Numbered from the whole stretch's first letter, positions 24,213 to 37,399 are shown. The stretch: DNA of 63,777 nt, filler included, from Saprolegnia diclina VS20 (GCF_000281045.1; 5 parts of 2 records of this genome joined end to end with filler, not necessarily neighbours in it), one strand, 5' to 3'. Program-made: numbers and translations. Notes: a model not told the origin generated them from the letters alone.

Positions 24213-25138
24213 CGTCGGTGTCTCTGCCAAGCAACAAAAAGGGCTCTGACAACGCCACTCGACGATCCCATTACGCGGGCTGCGAAGTGCAGTGTGACTC
24301 ACGTGGCATCCCACGGTGCGCCCCCGAGTTTGCCCTTGGCAATTCGGCGCTGCATACAAAAACGTAGCAAGGCGGCCATTGAATGTCATCGGAAGCCATA
24401 CAAATAACAAGTACGAATTGAGCGGAGGATTTAAATATTGCGCGTCACCCACATGGTCAGTTGCGGCCCAGTGACCGCGCCGTCACCCGAGGGGTGTTCA
24501 GATACGAGCAGAGGAGGCGAGCACCCGGTTGCGTGACGCGTGGAGCACACCAGCTGGCACAGCGACAAGCAACCAGTGTCGTGCGTGTTGTGCAGGCTAT
24601 TTCCACGCAAATCTACTCGACGCCCATCTGCTGGCGGCTTTCGTTTACACGGCGTCTTGCGTGAGGCGGCGAAGAAAAAGCTACGCGACCCGAGGACAAC
24701 GCTGCGTGAACTGACTTGGCGGTTGTTGTGATGGCTAGTGCTGCCGAGCTAGTTCATACCTTGCACCATCACTTTTGTCGTCATAGTGTAGCTACGCCTG
24801 CGCGAACAAGTAGATCTTTGCGGTGCCGCCCCATCCTCTTCGCAAGAACACGAGATCGTACTCATCTAGCATGACGCGCTGAGCTGACGCGCTCGCGAGG
24901 GTCAAGGCGTTGGTGACCGTTCAGCACGGAGCGTCGTTGTTGGTGCTAAACACTCAAATTCAAAGTCGCGCTTCAACGAGGTGTTTTTTCTGCACGTCCA
25001 ACTCGCAGCAACGTCGACGATGGAATGGCGCCTTTCTACAAACGCTGTTTCGTAGCCACTGTATCTCGAATTACACTGTAAACAATACAGGTTGCAACAG
25101 AAAAGGCCACGTGTAACTGCCGGCAGTTGTACAGCGCG

Positions 25139-27163
25139 ATGGAGGTCAAGCGCGCCAAGGTCAAGATCAAGGAGCCCGAGCCAGAGACACTGGCGTCCAT
25201 CTCGGAGGTCGCCGCCGTCAAAACAGGGCCTGTGAATCGGCGTCGAGCGACCCGGCCAGCACTGGGAAAAGCTCCCCCCGAGCTATCGGAACCCGAAGGC
25301 GCCCCTGCCGTCGCTCCGTTGTCATCGCCCACCGACGAACAGAAAGGACAATTCATCCCACTCGATGTACGACGACTATTGTCTATACTCGCGTACTGAG
25401 GCGAACTTGTAGCAAGTCCAGCGGCTCGTTCAACGCCTCTCGACGTCCCAAGATCGGTTGGCCAAGCTGGCGCGCATCGAGAAGGCCATCGCTGACTTTC
25501 ACGACGAAATCGTCAACGCGACCACCGACGCCGACACGCGACGACCCGTGCCAACGGCAGACGGTGACACGCTTGCCGTCATCAACTCGCTGCGCACGTA
25601 CATGCGTGTCCAGCGCGGCTTCAAAGAGGTACATTCCACTTGTTTCCTTGGCACCCACCGCCGCCACCGGCAATATTATGTGCTTTTGACAATATATGGT
25701 GCTTAGGACTATGAAAAGACGCTGAAAATCTCGCTCAAGACGGCCACGGTGGCGCAAAAACTGTATGCCAACATGTTGTACTCAACCTAACCCGCGATAT
25801 GTAGGGAAGAGAGCCATATCCGAGACGAACTGATTGCGCTCCAGCGCGACCACAACGCGCTGCTTTTAGAAAGAGAAGTGCTTATCGTCGAGATGGAGCA
25901 GACCGAGCACGGCCGCGCCCTTCTTGTCCAAGAAGGCCTCGATGCGCTCGATCGCGAGCGTGTCGTGAACCAAAGCCTCCGCACCGAGCTCGAGAGCACC
26001 AAGATTGAGCTTCAAAAAGCGCACGCCTGCGTACGTAGCTGTCACGTTCTAAAGGTATTAATGACGCTCGGGTAGGTGAGTACGCAAGCCAAGGCTCTGG
26101 ATGAGCGTGAGAACGAGCACCGAGCGATGGCGTACGAGCTGGGTTTGCTCAAGCACACAGTTCACGAGCTCGAGTTTGGCATGTTGCGCCGACGCAGCTC
26201 GACGGCGATGAGTGTGAGCTCGCAGCAAGCGCCAAGCAGTGTCTCACCCCCGAAAACGGCCGCATATGCTGCGAGCGGGCGCGAACTGCGCCAAGCCCGC
26301 TTAAAGATTGGCAGCCTCGAGGCCGAAGTTGCGGCCGCCCGAGAAACGATTCTGAATTTGAAAAGCAAGGTCCACAGTCTCAAGACAAGTTTGCGTTCGA
26401 ATGAGGTGCAAAAAGCCCAAAACGAAGCCCAGCGGTCGAGTTTCACTCGTTGCAGCTTGCTCTGATTGTTGCGTCTGTCTAGTCTGCGGAGCCGCGAGCA
26501 GAGCAAGGACGACCAGATCGCGTCTTTGGAGACCGCGTTGCTGAAAACGCGGAGTCGCTTGCACGAGAAGGACTCGCGCCTGGCTGCTCTAAAGGTAAGC
26601 CGTATGGAGCTGGCAGCGGCTAAAGGACGGTGTTTCTAGTCCGAGTACGACAAGATCTTTGCTGCACTGCAGAAAGACAGCCCCCAGAAAGCATCGGCAG
26701 CGCCAACGCGCGTCTCCAACGACGAGGCCAGTCGCATTGCGAATGACAATGTGTACACACTCCGTTTTTGTCATTCTTTCACGATCCGTGATATAGATAT
26801 GTCACCGATTATTACAAATCGCGCTACGAACACCAAGCCCACGAGATTTTGACGCTGCGCAAGCAAATCAAGAAATTGCTCTCGCTCGAACACAAACAAT
26901 ACCACGACCAACACGCACGCGCCAAAGAGCACAGCCGGCTGCTCCAGAACTTCCAAGACCTCAAGCGGCAGCTGCAAGACGCTGCAATGACCGCTGCCAC
27001 CAACCAAAAGCTCGCCGAGTCGAACCAAACGACGCTGCTCCCAGCCTCCGACTACTTGTGCGACGATCTTGGGAAACTTTTAGCGCGCCACGAATTCCTC
27101 GAAAATTTCTACCGGGACCACCCTGCTGGCGGCGGCTCTCCACGTAAGACTCGTTTCGGATAG
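25139..27163 (+). CDS. Uncharacterised coiled-coil protein (multi-exon)
   Basis: Chain of short Glu/Lys/Leu/Gln-rich heptad exons separated by about 45-nt GT-AG introns; no family motif recognised. Confidence 0.7.
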
Positions 27164-27979
27164 CAGCAAAGGTCATCGTGGTACTGGTGGTATTAGTCGC
27201 TCATGTCATGACGGTCAATGTGACGATGGACCAACCGCCGCCACCACTGTTGCGTACGTCGCTCGCAAACACGCTGACGATGTTGATTCACGTCTGACAG
27301 GGAGCGCGTCGACGCCGTCGGTGCTCGGTGTCATCAAAAACGTGCGTCCGAAATCGGCGGGGGTCACGAAACCCAAAGGCGTCGGCTTGACACGGCAATC
27401 GTTCAAAGTTGGCGCCCTTTTATAAGTATCAAGTTGATACAATTGTGGTTTGGAGCCTCCTACACTCGAACTGGATTCCAACTCTTTCTGACCAAAGAGT
27501 TTATTCACAGTGACCGACAATTCTGAGAGCCTGCGCTTCGTAGTCGCATCCGCTTGAGGCCCAGAAGAAGTCGAGAAGATGTATGAAAGCGGAAGACTGG
27601 TTGATGTGACGCCTTGGGTACCTTACTCTGGCTCGCTGAAGCGGGTGGCGACGAGCTCAGCCACGCGTAATCACTTCAGCGCAAACTGGTCATGCTCTTG
27701 CTGTGGTTTTGCGATCTTTGGATCTCAAATTTTATTTCAGAGGTGTATCGGTCTCGCGACACAGTACTGAAATCACACCTCACGCCACCCAAGATCACAA
27801 ACCGCACTGGGCGAGGTATTTCGATAGCATGAGTCACAAATGCACGCTCAAGCTGCCAACTGACCGATCCATCCCTTGGCGTGAGCCGAACCGAAAACCG
27901 GTTTTAGGACATCCGAACCGGTTCAAAATTGTTGACCAATCACAGACGACTTTGCATCTCGAACGTTCACAAAACAGCG

Positions 27980-28363
27980 ATGGACGGCGCCAAGGACAAT
28001 GCGGTCGACTGCCTGCAAAAGAAGGCCATGTCCGTACCGCCCCATTTAGATCTGGTATCTGATAGCAATTCGAATGCGTAGCTATGACCACTGCTTTGAC
28101 CTGTGGTACAAAGACGTCTTTCTCAAGAACAAGAGCAAGGGCAAACTCGGCTGCCAAGAGCTCTACAAGGAGTACTCGGCGTGTATGACGGTACCAGCCA
28201 CATGCACGTAGCGCTCGCCCTATGAACTAATTATGCGTAGGAGGAGCTCAAGGCAGACCTGCCGCTCGTTCAGAGCATCCGCGCCGAGATGAACCCCGAG
28301 CACACGGCGCAGTGGATCGGGAAGGACCTTCCGAATCCCAACGCCAAGGCTGAGAAAGCATAA
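27980..28363 (+). CDS. MDM35: Mdm35/TRIAP1-family mitochondrial intermembrane-space protein (3 exons)
   Basis: Splicing introns 28030-28081 and 28191-28240 gives MDGAKDNAVDCLQKKAIYDHCFDLWYKDVFLKNKSKGKLGCQELYKEYSACMTEELK..., a twin CX9C protein with the YDxCFxxWYxxxFL signature. CCAAT box at about 27934. Absent from the ORF track. Confidence 0.85.
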
Positions 28364-28392
28364 CAGACGTGTCATTTGCCTTTGCATTCTTC

Positions 28393-31300
28393 ATGTACCG
28401 GCTCCCAGATCCTATTACCGAGGGCCGGCACTGCATATCTAGTTCATTCATGGGTTGGCAACGATCTCGCGGCCACGAGACTGCGCAATGTTGTTGGCAT
28501 CTCAATAATATCGAAGTTGAGGTATCCGTCACGGCAACGGACTACGTAAAGTTCGCGCGCACTCACCAAGCGGCCTACCTCAAGTGCCTCGCCACGACCA
28601 ACGCATACTTCCGGTGGCGCCAGTACGACTTCCAGGACACGACAGCCTGCTGCAACGACGTTGAGCACCTTATACTACTGCATTTCCCAGCCCGGACAAC
28701 GACGCGGTGTCGCGGTCTGAGTGTATCGACTAGTTCAAGCGCTGGGGCAAGGCGCGTACTCGCCACGTAGACCGTTGCCGCGGAGCCACCGCTTCGATAT
28801 TGTTCAATAATGTCTTGAGCTGGCTGGCTGTTCATGCTGATGAGGAGAATCTACCCACCTTGAGGCAGCTCTATACTGTGGGGTGCGCATCGACAGTTGC
28901 TGTTTGCCGACTCGAAACGTCCAACTTGACGGGGCACCGCGCAGACACGGTGATTCCTTGCGTTGGCCACCACCGTTCGTGTTGCACGTATCGCAGACAT
29001 GTTGTCCTTTGCCGCGCAAAGGTTGCACATGGCCCGGTCGCGCCTCCAGCAGACTGTGGCGCCGTCGAATGTGATCATGGTCGAGTGCCGGCCGACGAGC
29101 AATGAGATGGTGCATCTCGACGCGAGCAAGTCGATCGCGCAATTGCTACACGAAGGAAACGAGCGCGCCGTCCTCTACCGCCTCGCGCAGCCTACGCTCG
29201 GTCAAGACGAGTTGACCAAAGTGTTCAAGGTACTCCTCCATCCATACCTTTTTGTATCAAAAACCAAGTAGAGCAACGACGCGCTGTGTACCGCGGTTTG
29301 CCTCGGGCACACGGACGTCATCCAGCGTCTTTTGGCGAGGCCGGACGTTGCATTGATCCCCGACGTAGGTCCGGGATGCTAGTCACATCATCATTCCATG
29401 TTGCCTAGTACATTCTTCAGCCGCTGGTGCTGGCGACGAAACGCGATCGCGCTGACGTCCTCGGGCTCTTTGCCGCGCGCAACCTGGCGTGGATCACAAC
29501 GTTTGGCAGCACCGTAGGCACCCGCACCGAGACGACAAAAAAGACACATATTCTGTCCACATTCCTAGTCGTTTGCGCAAAAATACTGCGGCGGGCTCTC
29601 GCTTTTGCACTACGCGGCGAGCAACCATGCCCACAACGCGCTTGTCTGGCTCTTGGACCACGGTGTGCCGGCCACAGCGCGCAGCGACGTACCGTGCAAC
29701 CTCTTGTGTCGCAAGATTTCTCACGAATGCTCATGCAAACTAGTTTGGCGATACGCCGCTCCATGAAGCCAGCCGTGAGCGCAACGAACGAGCGCTGACG
29801 CTGCTGCTTCGCGCCGGTGCCGACATCAACGCCACCAACGATGTACAAAGGATTTGGCAGCAAGTGGAATAGTCAACACATATGTAGGATGGCTGCACCG
29901 CGCTGCATGTCGTCATGCTTTTCCCAAACGAACGTCGGTCCAGAGCACACTGGCGTTTCTGCGCCGCCTTTGCGTCTCTCGAATGGACATGGATGCTCGC
30001 AATCTGGTGTGCAATCATCACTGTGTCAAACGGCGTTAGCTCGGCACTAGGAAGGATTCTCGGCCGTTGACTTGGCCAAAGACGGCGATTTTCGGCTCCT
30101 TTTCCTGAAGGAACATGCGTTTCGATCCCAGTACCCTTTGCACTACGTGGCGCGCTCCAATGACGTGGCTGCCATGACCGCCTGGCTCGCTGACAAGAGC
30201 GCGAGTGAGATTGCAACGGCCTTGGCCACCACCGATGACGTAAACAAATCTTGGCCCTTCCAACGCCGACAACCGAGTCGTAGGACGGGCGCACGGTCTT
30301 GATGTACGCAGTGGAAGCCCTCGACCTCATGCGCACCGACGGCCAAGTGCTCACGCAATTGCTTCCGCACTTGAGCGCCAGCGATCTCAAGCGGCAAGAC
30401 CAGGTTTACATGCCCTCTTTTCTTTTTGACGACTCAAATGCAGCAGACAGGGCGCAGTGCCCTCGAGTACCTCCTCGAGAAGGACGTGATCTGCCAAACC
30501 AACCGCGACGGCGCGTCCAACATTGCCTTGATACAAGCACTCGACGCGTTGTCATGCCAGTCGACATTGCCGTTGCGGTTTGCCCTTGGCGTAGTGTTCT
30601 TTGCATCGAGTTGCGCTATCATGGCGATGCCCCTAGGCCAAGGCCCCCCGCGGGGGCAAGCCGCCGCGGATTTGCGGCGGTGCATGTTCCGACACTGGGC
30701 GGTCCAGCTCAGTTCCGTTCGCCACACTAGCGTCGACGGCCAAGTGGGACGAGCTTGAAAACTGTCTACGGACCTCGACAGACTATGACGAGATCAATCT
30801 CCACGATGCGGTGGTGCGATATCGTCTCATCACTTCTGGTCGACTATGCTTCGAGTAGGGTGGCACGGTGCTGCACTACGTATGTAAAAACAGCAATGGA
30901 AGCGTGTTGCAAGCGCTCTTGAAGCAAACGAAGCTCCAGCTCGACGTGCGTACGCGGGATGTACGTCGATTCAATCGATCGCGTTGTCGCTCATCTTGGA
31001 AGCTGCAGACTTCCAAAGCGTTGGCCATCACGATTGCCGCCAGCCGCAACTTTGAAGACGGCGTGCGCCTCCTCCTGCGCGCTGGCGCGTTCCACGGCAT
31101 CGACGAGCCGTACTCTGCGGTACTTGGCAACACAGTGGGTCTGTATCGTCTAAGGTGCGCGGCTAGTCACGCGCCAGCGAGCTGTATAAGCAAGCAAGCG
31201 TCAGCAAGCGACTTGTGTACGACAACTGGGCGCTGCAGCACCGGTACCCCGCCTACCACTTGGTCCGGCTTCTCAACATTGCCGAAGCCGAACGCTGCAT

Positions 31301-34004
31301 ACGGGTTGGACCACCGACGGGGATGGTGCTATATGAATGTGCCTCTTAGACCAAGGAATCCGCGCTGCATCTTGCGGTGCGCCACGCGCTGCCGATAAGT
31401 GTTCTCGATCAGCTCTTGGCGCGCGACGACGTCGACTGTGACGCACCCAACGCGGTACGCATATTCAACCGCAAAAGGCTGGCATGCGTGTAGGAGGGGG
31501 AGACGGCGCTCATCGTCACCAGCAAGCTCGGACACTGTGAACACGCGACGTGTCTTCTGGCCAACGGTGCCGACGTCTACGTGTGCGATGCGGTGGGTCG
31601 CTCGTGCTAGTCGATCTGTTGCACTCACACTAGGCGCATTAGATTGGCTGGTCGGCGCTTCAGCACGCGGCGAACCAACACAATCTGTACATGATGGAGC
31701 AACTGCTTGCGCACATTGACGACCTCCCGCTGCAAAAGGTAGTATTTTTTACTAAACATGTCGCATCATCGAGAAAACTAGGAATTTTTCTGGGGCAACG
31801 ACCACGTTTTTGGCGATGACGTCTTGGCGCTCTATAACCGGGAGGACGCCATGCGCCGGGACTCGAAGGCATCAGCTCCGACGGGCGACGCGCATGGCGA
31901 CCCTCCACGTCGACGACGCCTTTGAGCCGAGCCCGTTCCGCAAGGCCCTTATGTGCAGCACGACTCTAGTCCAATGTTTTTTGCACGACTGCGTGACGAT
32001 GGACCGTGACGACGCCACGTTTTCGCATGTACGTTATACGTTTTTGAAGAACATGTTGCGAACATTGTCTAGTTGGACATTGTGTATGGCAAATGCGCCC
32101 ACAAGAGCGCGTTGTACGCGATTCTGCACTTGAAGCTCGCGAACGCCGACCTGACGTTTGCGGCGCAGCAAATATGCCTCGAGCACGCAGTGTTCCGCCG
32201 CCTCCTCGAGATCAAGTGGGAGCTTTTCGGGCGGCGCATGTATGTCGAGCGCCTCCTGTTGCATCTCTTGCTCTTGGTGACGATGACAATATCTTCCATT
32301 CTCTTTGATGACGCGCGGCCGTCGCCGACGACGTATACGATCGGGGTTGTGACCACGCTTTTCGTTGGCGTTGGCTATGTCGCCGCGCAATGTCTACGTC
32401 CGCGGGTCGTGTCCTGGCTGCACGGCAAAGCAGTGCTGCCACGCGACCTCGTGATGCTCATGGGCGTGGTGACACTGGCACTGGCCGTGCCGCTGCTCTT
32501 GTATGCCGATGCACTTTATCTTCCTGTGTGGTATTCCACGATGAACCACCTAACCCTCGGCGCCACCGTGGGCTATTTCGTTGTGAACGAAATCTACGAG
32601 CTGCGCGGCAACCGGGCCGGGTACTGGGGCTCGAGTCTCAACGTGGTGCAGCTTGTCAACTACACTGCGATCCTCAGTGTGTTTTTGCCCCTGAAACTGG
32701 GCTGGCTGCACGCGCCCAACCAGGTGCAAGCGGGTATCGGTGCACTTCTCGCGTCTGTGCTCTGGGTGCTCTCGTTTCAATTTTTGGAGGTCGTCTCGTC
32801 CGCAAGCTACCTCCTCCCGATGATGACGCACCTGTTTGGGGACATTGCAAATTTTTTCGTGTTTTTTGGCGTCTTTCAGTGCGGCTTGACGCTCATCTTC
32901 TACCAGCTCTTCGTGCTCACGTCCGACCCGGCGTTTAGCTCACTGGGGCAGTCGTTCTCGACGGCGTTCTTTGTCTTGTTTGGCCAAGTCCCGCTCAGCT
33001 CTCTCCAAGCGTTTGACGACCCGGCAGATTCATTTGCGCCCATCATGTACACATCCACGTCGCTTCTCATGATGGCGCACTCGGTCATCCTTGGCCTCGT
33101 GCTCTCCAACGTCCTCATTGCCATGTTCAGCCACACGCTGGAGAAATGCCTCGCAAACGCCAAAGCGCAAGCGCTCATCACGTACGCGTGGTGCATCCTT
33201 CGCCTCGAGATGACCATGAACCTCTCGGAAGCCGACGTGCTGCGCCTCACGCACGACGTTAATGGCGACGGCAAGCTGCAACTGCGACAACTCTTTACCG
33301 CACGCGTCCCCAAGTCGAAGCTCGGGCTCGTCTCCGAGCAAGCGGACGCCTTGGCTCGACACACGACGGCGCGCGCCGACTGGCACAAGCAAATGCAGGC
33401 GCTCGAGAACGTCGTGGACTCACAGATTCAGTTTGTGGAAGACGCGCTCTTGCACGTGAGTCACTTTACTGAGATGAACGTCGCCGTCGCGTTCGCTGGC
33501 GAGCTCTGCCTTCTGGAGGCAACGCGTGCTGCGCTGCGAACACTTGTTGCTACCGCGCGCCAGAGCCAGCGTCCGTTCCGACATGCGATCCTCCCGACGC
33601 TCCAACGACAAGCCTCCAAGGTGCTGAAGCGGAGCGCGGCCGAGATGCATACGTTGTGGCGGCGCTCGGACGACCCGGCGCAGATGAACGACCACGACCA
33701 GTGCATGCTTCTCTTTCAGCTCAACCAGCACACGACGCTCGAGACGCCATTCGCAGTGATGGTGCAGACGATTCTGGCAGCCATTGAAACCGCCTTTGAG
33801 ATCGAGAGAGACATTGACGACGCAGCGACGCGCCACGCCAAGCAGATGACCGATATGGCAGCACAGTTGGAGGCCGTCGAGAAGCAGAACCGCGCATTGT
33901 CAACAGAGCTCCAAGCAATGGCAGCGCAGCAAACCGCGATGCTCTCGCTCCTCACTCGAATGAGACAAAGCGCCATGTCCACGACGCTTCCAACAAGCAA
34001 CTAG
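28393..34004 (+). CDS. Ankyrin-repeat TRP-like cation channel (many small 5' exons; start uncertain)
   Basis: Ankyrin-like exons (GDTPLHEA, GCTALHVV, YPLHYVA, GRTVLMYAV, GTVLHYVC, GETALIV). Terminal exon has LLEIKWELFG, about six TM helices, pore-like AFSSLGQSFSTAFFVLFGQ, S6-like LVLSNVLIAMFSHT and a C-terminal coiled coil. Confidence 0.8.
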
Positions 34005-34477
34005 AACTAGAATCGTAGAGACTCCATTCGACCCGTCACCGTACACGTCACCACGAGAAAGTGATCTTGTATAAGGCCAACATCGTCTATATGTTGCATG
34101 GTGTTTCTGAGAGCAAAATCATATCTCAACGAGGTTCAGTATGGTACGGTGGCATGCAACTCATACAAGACCATACACAGAGCGCTCAGTTCGACCATGG
34201 ATTGCTCTGTGTGAGTGTCGATCACCGCAAGCACTGCGCACCGCCGAGCGAGCTGTTGAAATCGTCCTCAAATGAGCTGCTGGCCGTAGCTAACATTAGT
34301 GTGGGCATGTTGATGTGGTGAGCCCCAACGTATGTCGTTTCGGTGTCGAGCTGAGTCAAGTTCGTCTCGGTGGGAAGCCTGTCTGGCCCTGGAGGCAAGG
34401 CTAAGCCGTCGCCACCCTGCAACCGATGCACTCCTGCTGCGTATATGTAAAGATCGTCGTGTTCAGAGTGCTAGCAC

Positions 34478-34933
34478 TTAAACAGACAGCGCAAACGCGG
34501 TGGCGATGACGATGGTCACGGTCGGAAGCGCCACAACGGTAGCTGTCGACGGCTTGGTCGTTGGCGCCGGTGTCGAGCTGCCGAGGTAGAGCCCCAGGTT
34601 GGTCAAGAACGACGAGAGCGACGTGCCAAGGAAGGCCGAGACGGTGACGTTGCCGACCGTACAGTTGAGGTTGGCCTTGGCGACAGCTGTCTGGACGTCC
34701 GTGAAGAGCACATCGCAGCTGGGCGTCTTGGCGATGGCCGCGAGACTCGTTGCATTTGGTGTCGGGCCCGCGATAGAGATCGCGACGCCGCTCTCGTTCG
34801 TGCATTTGGCATAGTTGGTGCTCGCGAGCACGGGAAGTAGCGGGAGAGCGAGGTCGGTCGCTGAGCAGGCGGCGCCCGCAACCACTGAGAGCGTGCATGC
34901 ACTGAAGAACGCGGTGCGAAGTAGGCCCACCAT
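34478..34933 (-). CDS. Elicitin-like secreted protein, probably GPI-anchored (copy 1)
   Basis: Signal peptide; AC..L..L...NY..C..ESG....P......PSC....NCTV elicitin-type spacing; Thr/Pro linker and hydrophobic C-terminus. Confidence 0.72.
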   Translation of the reverse strand: MVGLLRTAFFSACTLSVVAGAACSATDLALPLLPVLASTNYAKCTNESGVAISIAGPTPNATSLAAIAKTPSCDVLFTDVQTAVAKANLNCTVGNVTVSAFLGTSLSSFLTNLGLYLGSSTPAPTTKPSTATVVALPTVTIVIATAFALSV

Positions 34934-35131
34934 GGTCCTCGGTCAACTGTTGGCGCTTGGAACTGCGTCGGTTTTAAATGGTTTCAGGAGGTGTGTGCGA
35001 CCATCTCAGACCGCTTCAGGGGTCGCCGATCTATAAGTTCTTATGGCTATACTATGGTGGCTTTGTCGTAGACTTATTTCGTTTTGCACCAATAATTGTT
35101 TACTTGCTAAACAATTTGAGGATAATTGTGT

Positions 35132-35602
35132 CTACAAGACTAGATGCGCGGCAGCGAGGAGCGTCAGAGTCACACTTGAGAGCGCCGCGAGAGACGCCGA
35201 GTTGTTGAGAGGCTTGGAACCGGCGGGCGGTGCCGTCGTTGCACTCATGTACGCGTTGAGGTTGGTCACGAACGTCGTGATCGAAGTGCCCACAAAATTC
35301 GAGACCGACTGCCCATTCACGGTGCACGTGACGCCGGCGCTGTTGACCGCGGCCTGCACGTCGTCGTAGAAGGCGACGCAGCTCTTGGTGGCGCCAATGA
35401 TGGCGAGGTTAGCCGGGCTCGGGAGGTTTCCCGTCAGCGAGAGAGGCACACCGCTGTCCTTTTGGCAATTCGCATAGTTGGGCTTGCTGAGGACAGGTAG
35501 CAGCACGGGAACAAGAATCGTCGACGAGCACGCGTCACCAACAACGGAGCTCACGGTGTACGCAAAGGCGAGCAGAACGAACGGAAGCAATCGACGGGCC
35601 AT
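35132..35602 (-). CDS. Elicitin-like secreted protein, probably GPI-anchored (copy 2)
   Basis: MARRLLPFVLLAFAYTVSSVVG signal, then ACSS..LLPVL..NYANCQKDSG..LPSPANL..SC..TCTVNG; clear paralog of 34478-34933. Confidence 0.75.
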   Translation of the reverse strand: MARRLLPFVLLAFAYTVSSVVGDACSSTILVPVLLPVLSKPNYANCQKDSGVPLSLTGNLPSPANLAIIGATKSCVAFYDDVQAAVNSAGVTCTVNGQSVSNFVGTSITTFVTNLNAYMSATTAPPAGSKPLNNSASLAALSSVTLTLLAAAHLVL

Positions 35603-36097
35603 GGGAAAATAGACTCTGCCCATCCCAAAATTTGTGATGGAAAGAGAGCAGAAACGTCGAAAATCGAAATATGGTGGGAGGCCGACCTGCTCTTCCTGCT
35701 TTACAGATCACTGATCCCAACGCCAGAGAATTTCAGAGCCGTACCTTGATAGAGTTGCTACCGGGTTCCAGATGCTACCTGCGCCGGCTCACCTGTGCCC
35801 ATGTCTCGCCCAGCTTGCACAATACAAAGCTGATTACCATGATGCACGATACCTTCGCTGGCCACGATGGGGGAATTTTCCTTCGATTTGGACGGTAGGT
35901 GCATCAGAATGACAGAATATTTGGTTCCTCGCTTACTTGATGAATTGCTCGTGAATGGATATTGACAATGCCCTACGACTAAAAACAACAACTTAGTAGC
36001 AAAATGGACTTTGGATTTCTATGGTATCGGGTCGTCATTGTTGATGTGAAGCGTCGGCGCGAGGGTTGTTGCGAATTTACTTCAGTTGCAAGAAGGT

Positions 36098-36846
36098 TTA
36101 GTAGTCTTCATCCCGCGAGGCCTGTGCTGCAGCTAAGCGCTCCTTCTCAATGAGGTACTTGGAGATGGCTGGCGGGATTGCCGACGCAAAGCCGTAGACA
36201 AAGATGGCAGAGAAGACAAACCAGAGCACTTGGTTTCGCAGCTTGCGCGCTTTCTCCCTCGGGTCCATCGATTCGACCAAGTGTCGCTGTAGCGTCGAGG
36301 CCTGGGCCTTGACGGCGCCAGCGGTGGCCCCCAGCGCGGTATGGGAGAGCTTCGTCGCTTGGTCCTGGGCACTCGTCGCCAAGCTTTTGGATGCGTTCGT
36401 CAGTGATCCACCCGCTCGCTGCAGCGTCTCTTTAGCGACGTTGGCAGCCGACGTTCGGACGGCCTGGAACTTGTGTGTTGCGGCGTTGGCGGTCGCCGAG
36501 CCGACGGCCTGCAGCTTGTGCTTGGAAGCATCGACGGCCGAGGCGCCCATGTCTTGCAGCCTCTCTTTCGACGACATCGCGAGCGCTTGCGCACTTGACA
36601 CGACGCGCGCGCGCGTCTCCTGCAGCTGCGCAGACGACTGTGCCTGGAGCTGCGTCAAGCGCGACGCTGTCGTGGTTGTTGCGGCCTCAGCCATGCCCTT
36701 GGCCTTCGCCTGGAGCAGCGCCGCCGACGCCTACACGCATATGAGGCTGTGGGTTAGGCGAACACGAAGCGTACCTTGGCGTCATGCGACGGCAGCGCGC
36801 CACGTAGGCGGCCGACGACGCGATCCAGGAGCCCTCGCCCTGCCAT
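36098..36846 (-). CDS. Hypothetical Ala-rich protein with 15-residue helical repeats and a C-terminal TM (2 exons)
   Basis: MAGRGLLDRVVGRLRGALPSHDAK splices in phase (intron 36731-36774) to ASAALLQAKAKGMAEA...; TM VLWFVFSAIFVYGFASAIP. Confidence 0.7.
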
Positions 36847-37399
36847 GCCGCCTTGTCAACGCACCAATCCCCGTGCGGCACGTTTAAACACGTTAAACCT
36901 GTTGAACCAAGCGCGTTGAACTTCCGAATGTTGGTAAGCTGAGAACAATGGCCTGTCGAGTTCTCAACTTGGTTCACGGATCCCTCGAGAGCAGCCAAAG
37001 CTTCTTCTTCAACATGAAGTCCGCACTTCTGCGCGCCCAGCCAAGGCCAAGCTGACACCGACCTGTCACGTCTGGGATCGCGTCTTGCCCCATACGGTAC
37101 TTAAGACTACGTTTCAAAATCACGAAGAGGGACCGCAGTCCCATCACCTGCCGGAAGCGCCGACGACGTGAGGGATCGACATCACTTGGCAAAGGTGCCC
37201 AGCAGCACAGCGTCAGCCAGCCACGCACCACAGCATCTCATGCGTTTAACTGCACCCTTTCGCGCGTCGTAAGTCACGTGAAACCCCTTTTTGTCGTTCA
37301 ACTTGCCATTCGGATACCGAGTTAAAACGGCGTATCCGGAATGATCCATCAACACGGGAAAGTGGGCGGCCACTCCGCAACCCGCCACGCCGACGAAGC

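Noticed and set aside
27880..27930. AACCG/CGGTT short inverted motifs suggesting a MITE
   Set aside because: Too short, with no TIR or TSD pair; lies in the MDM35 promoter.
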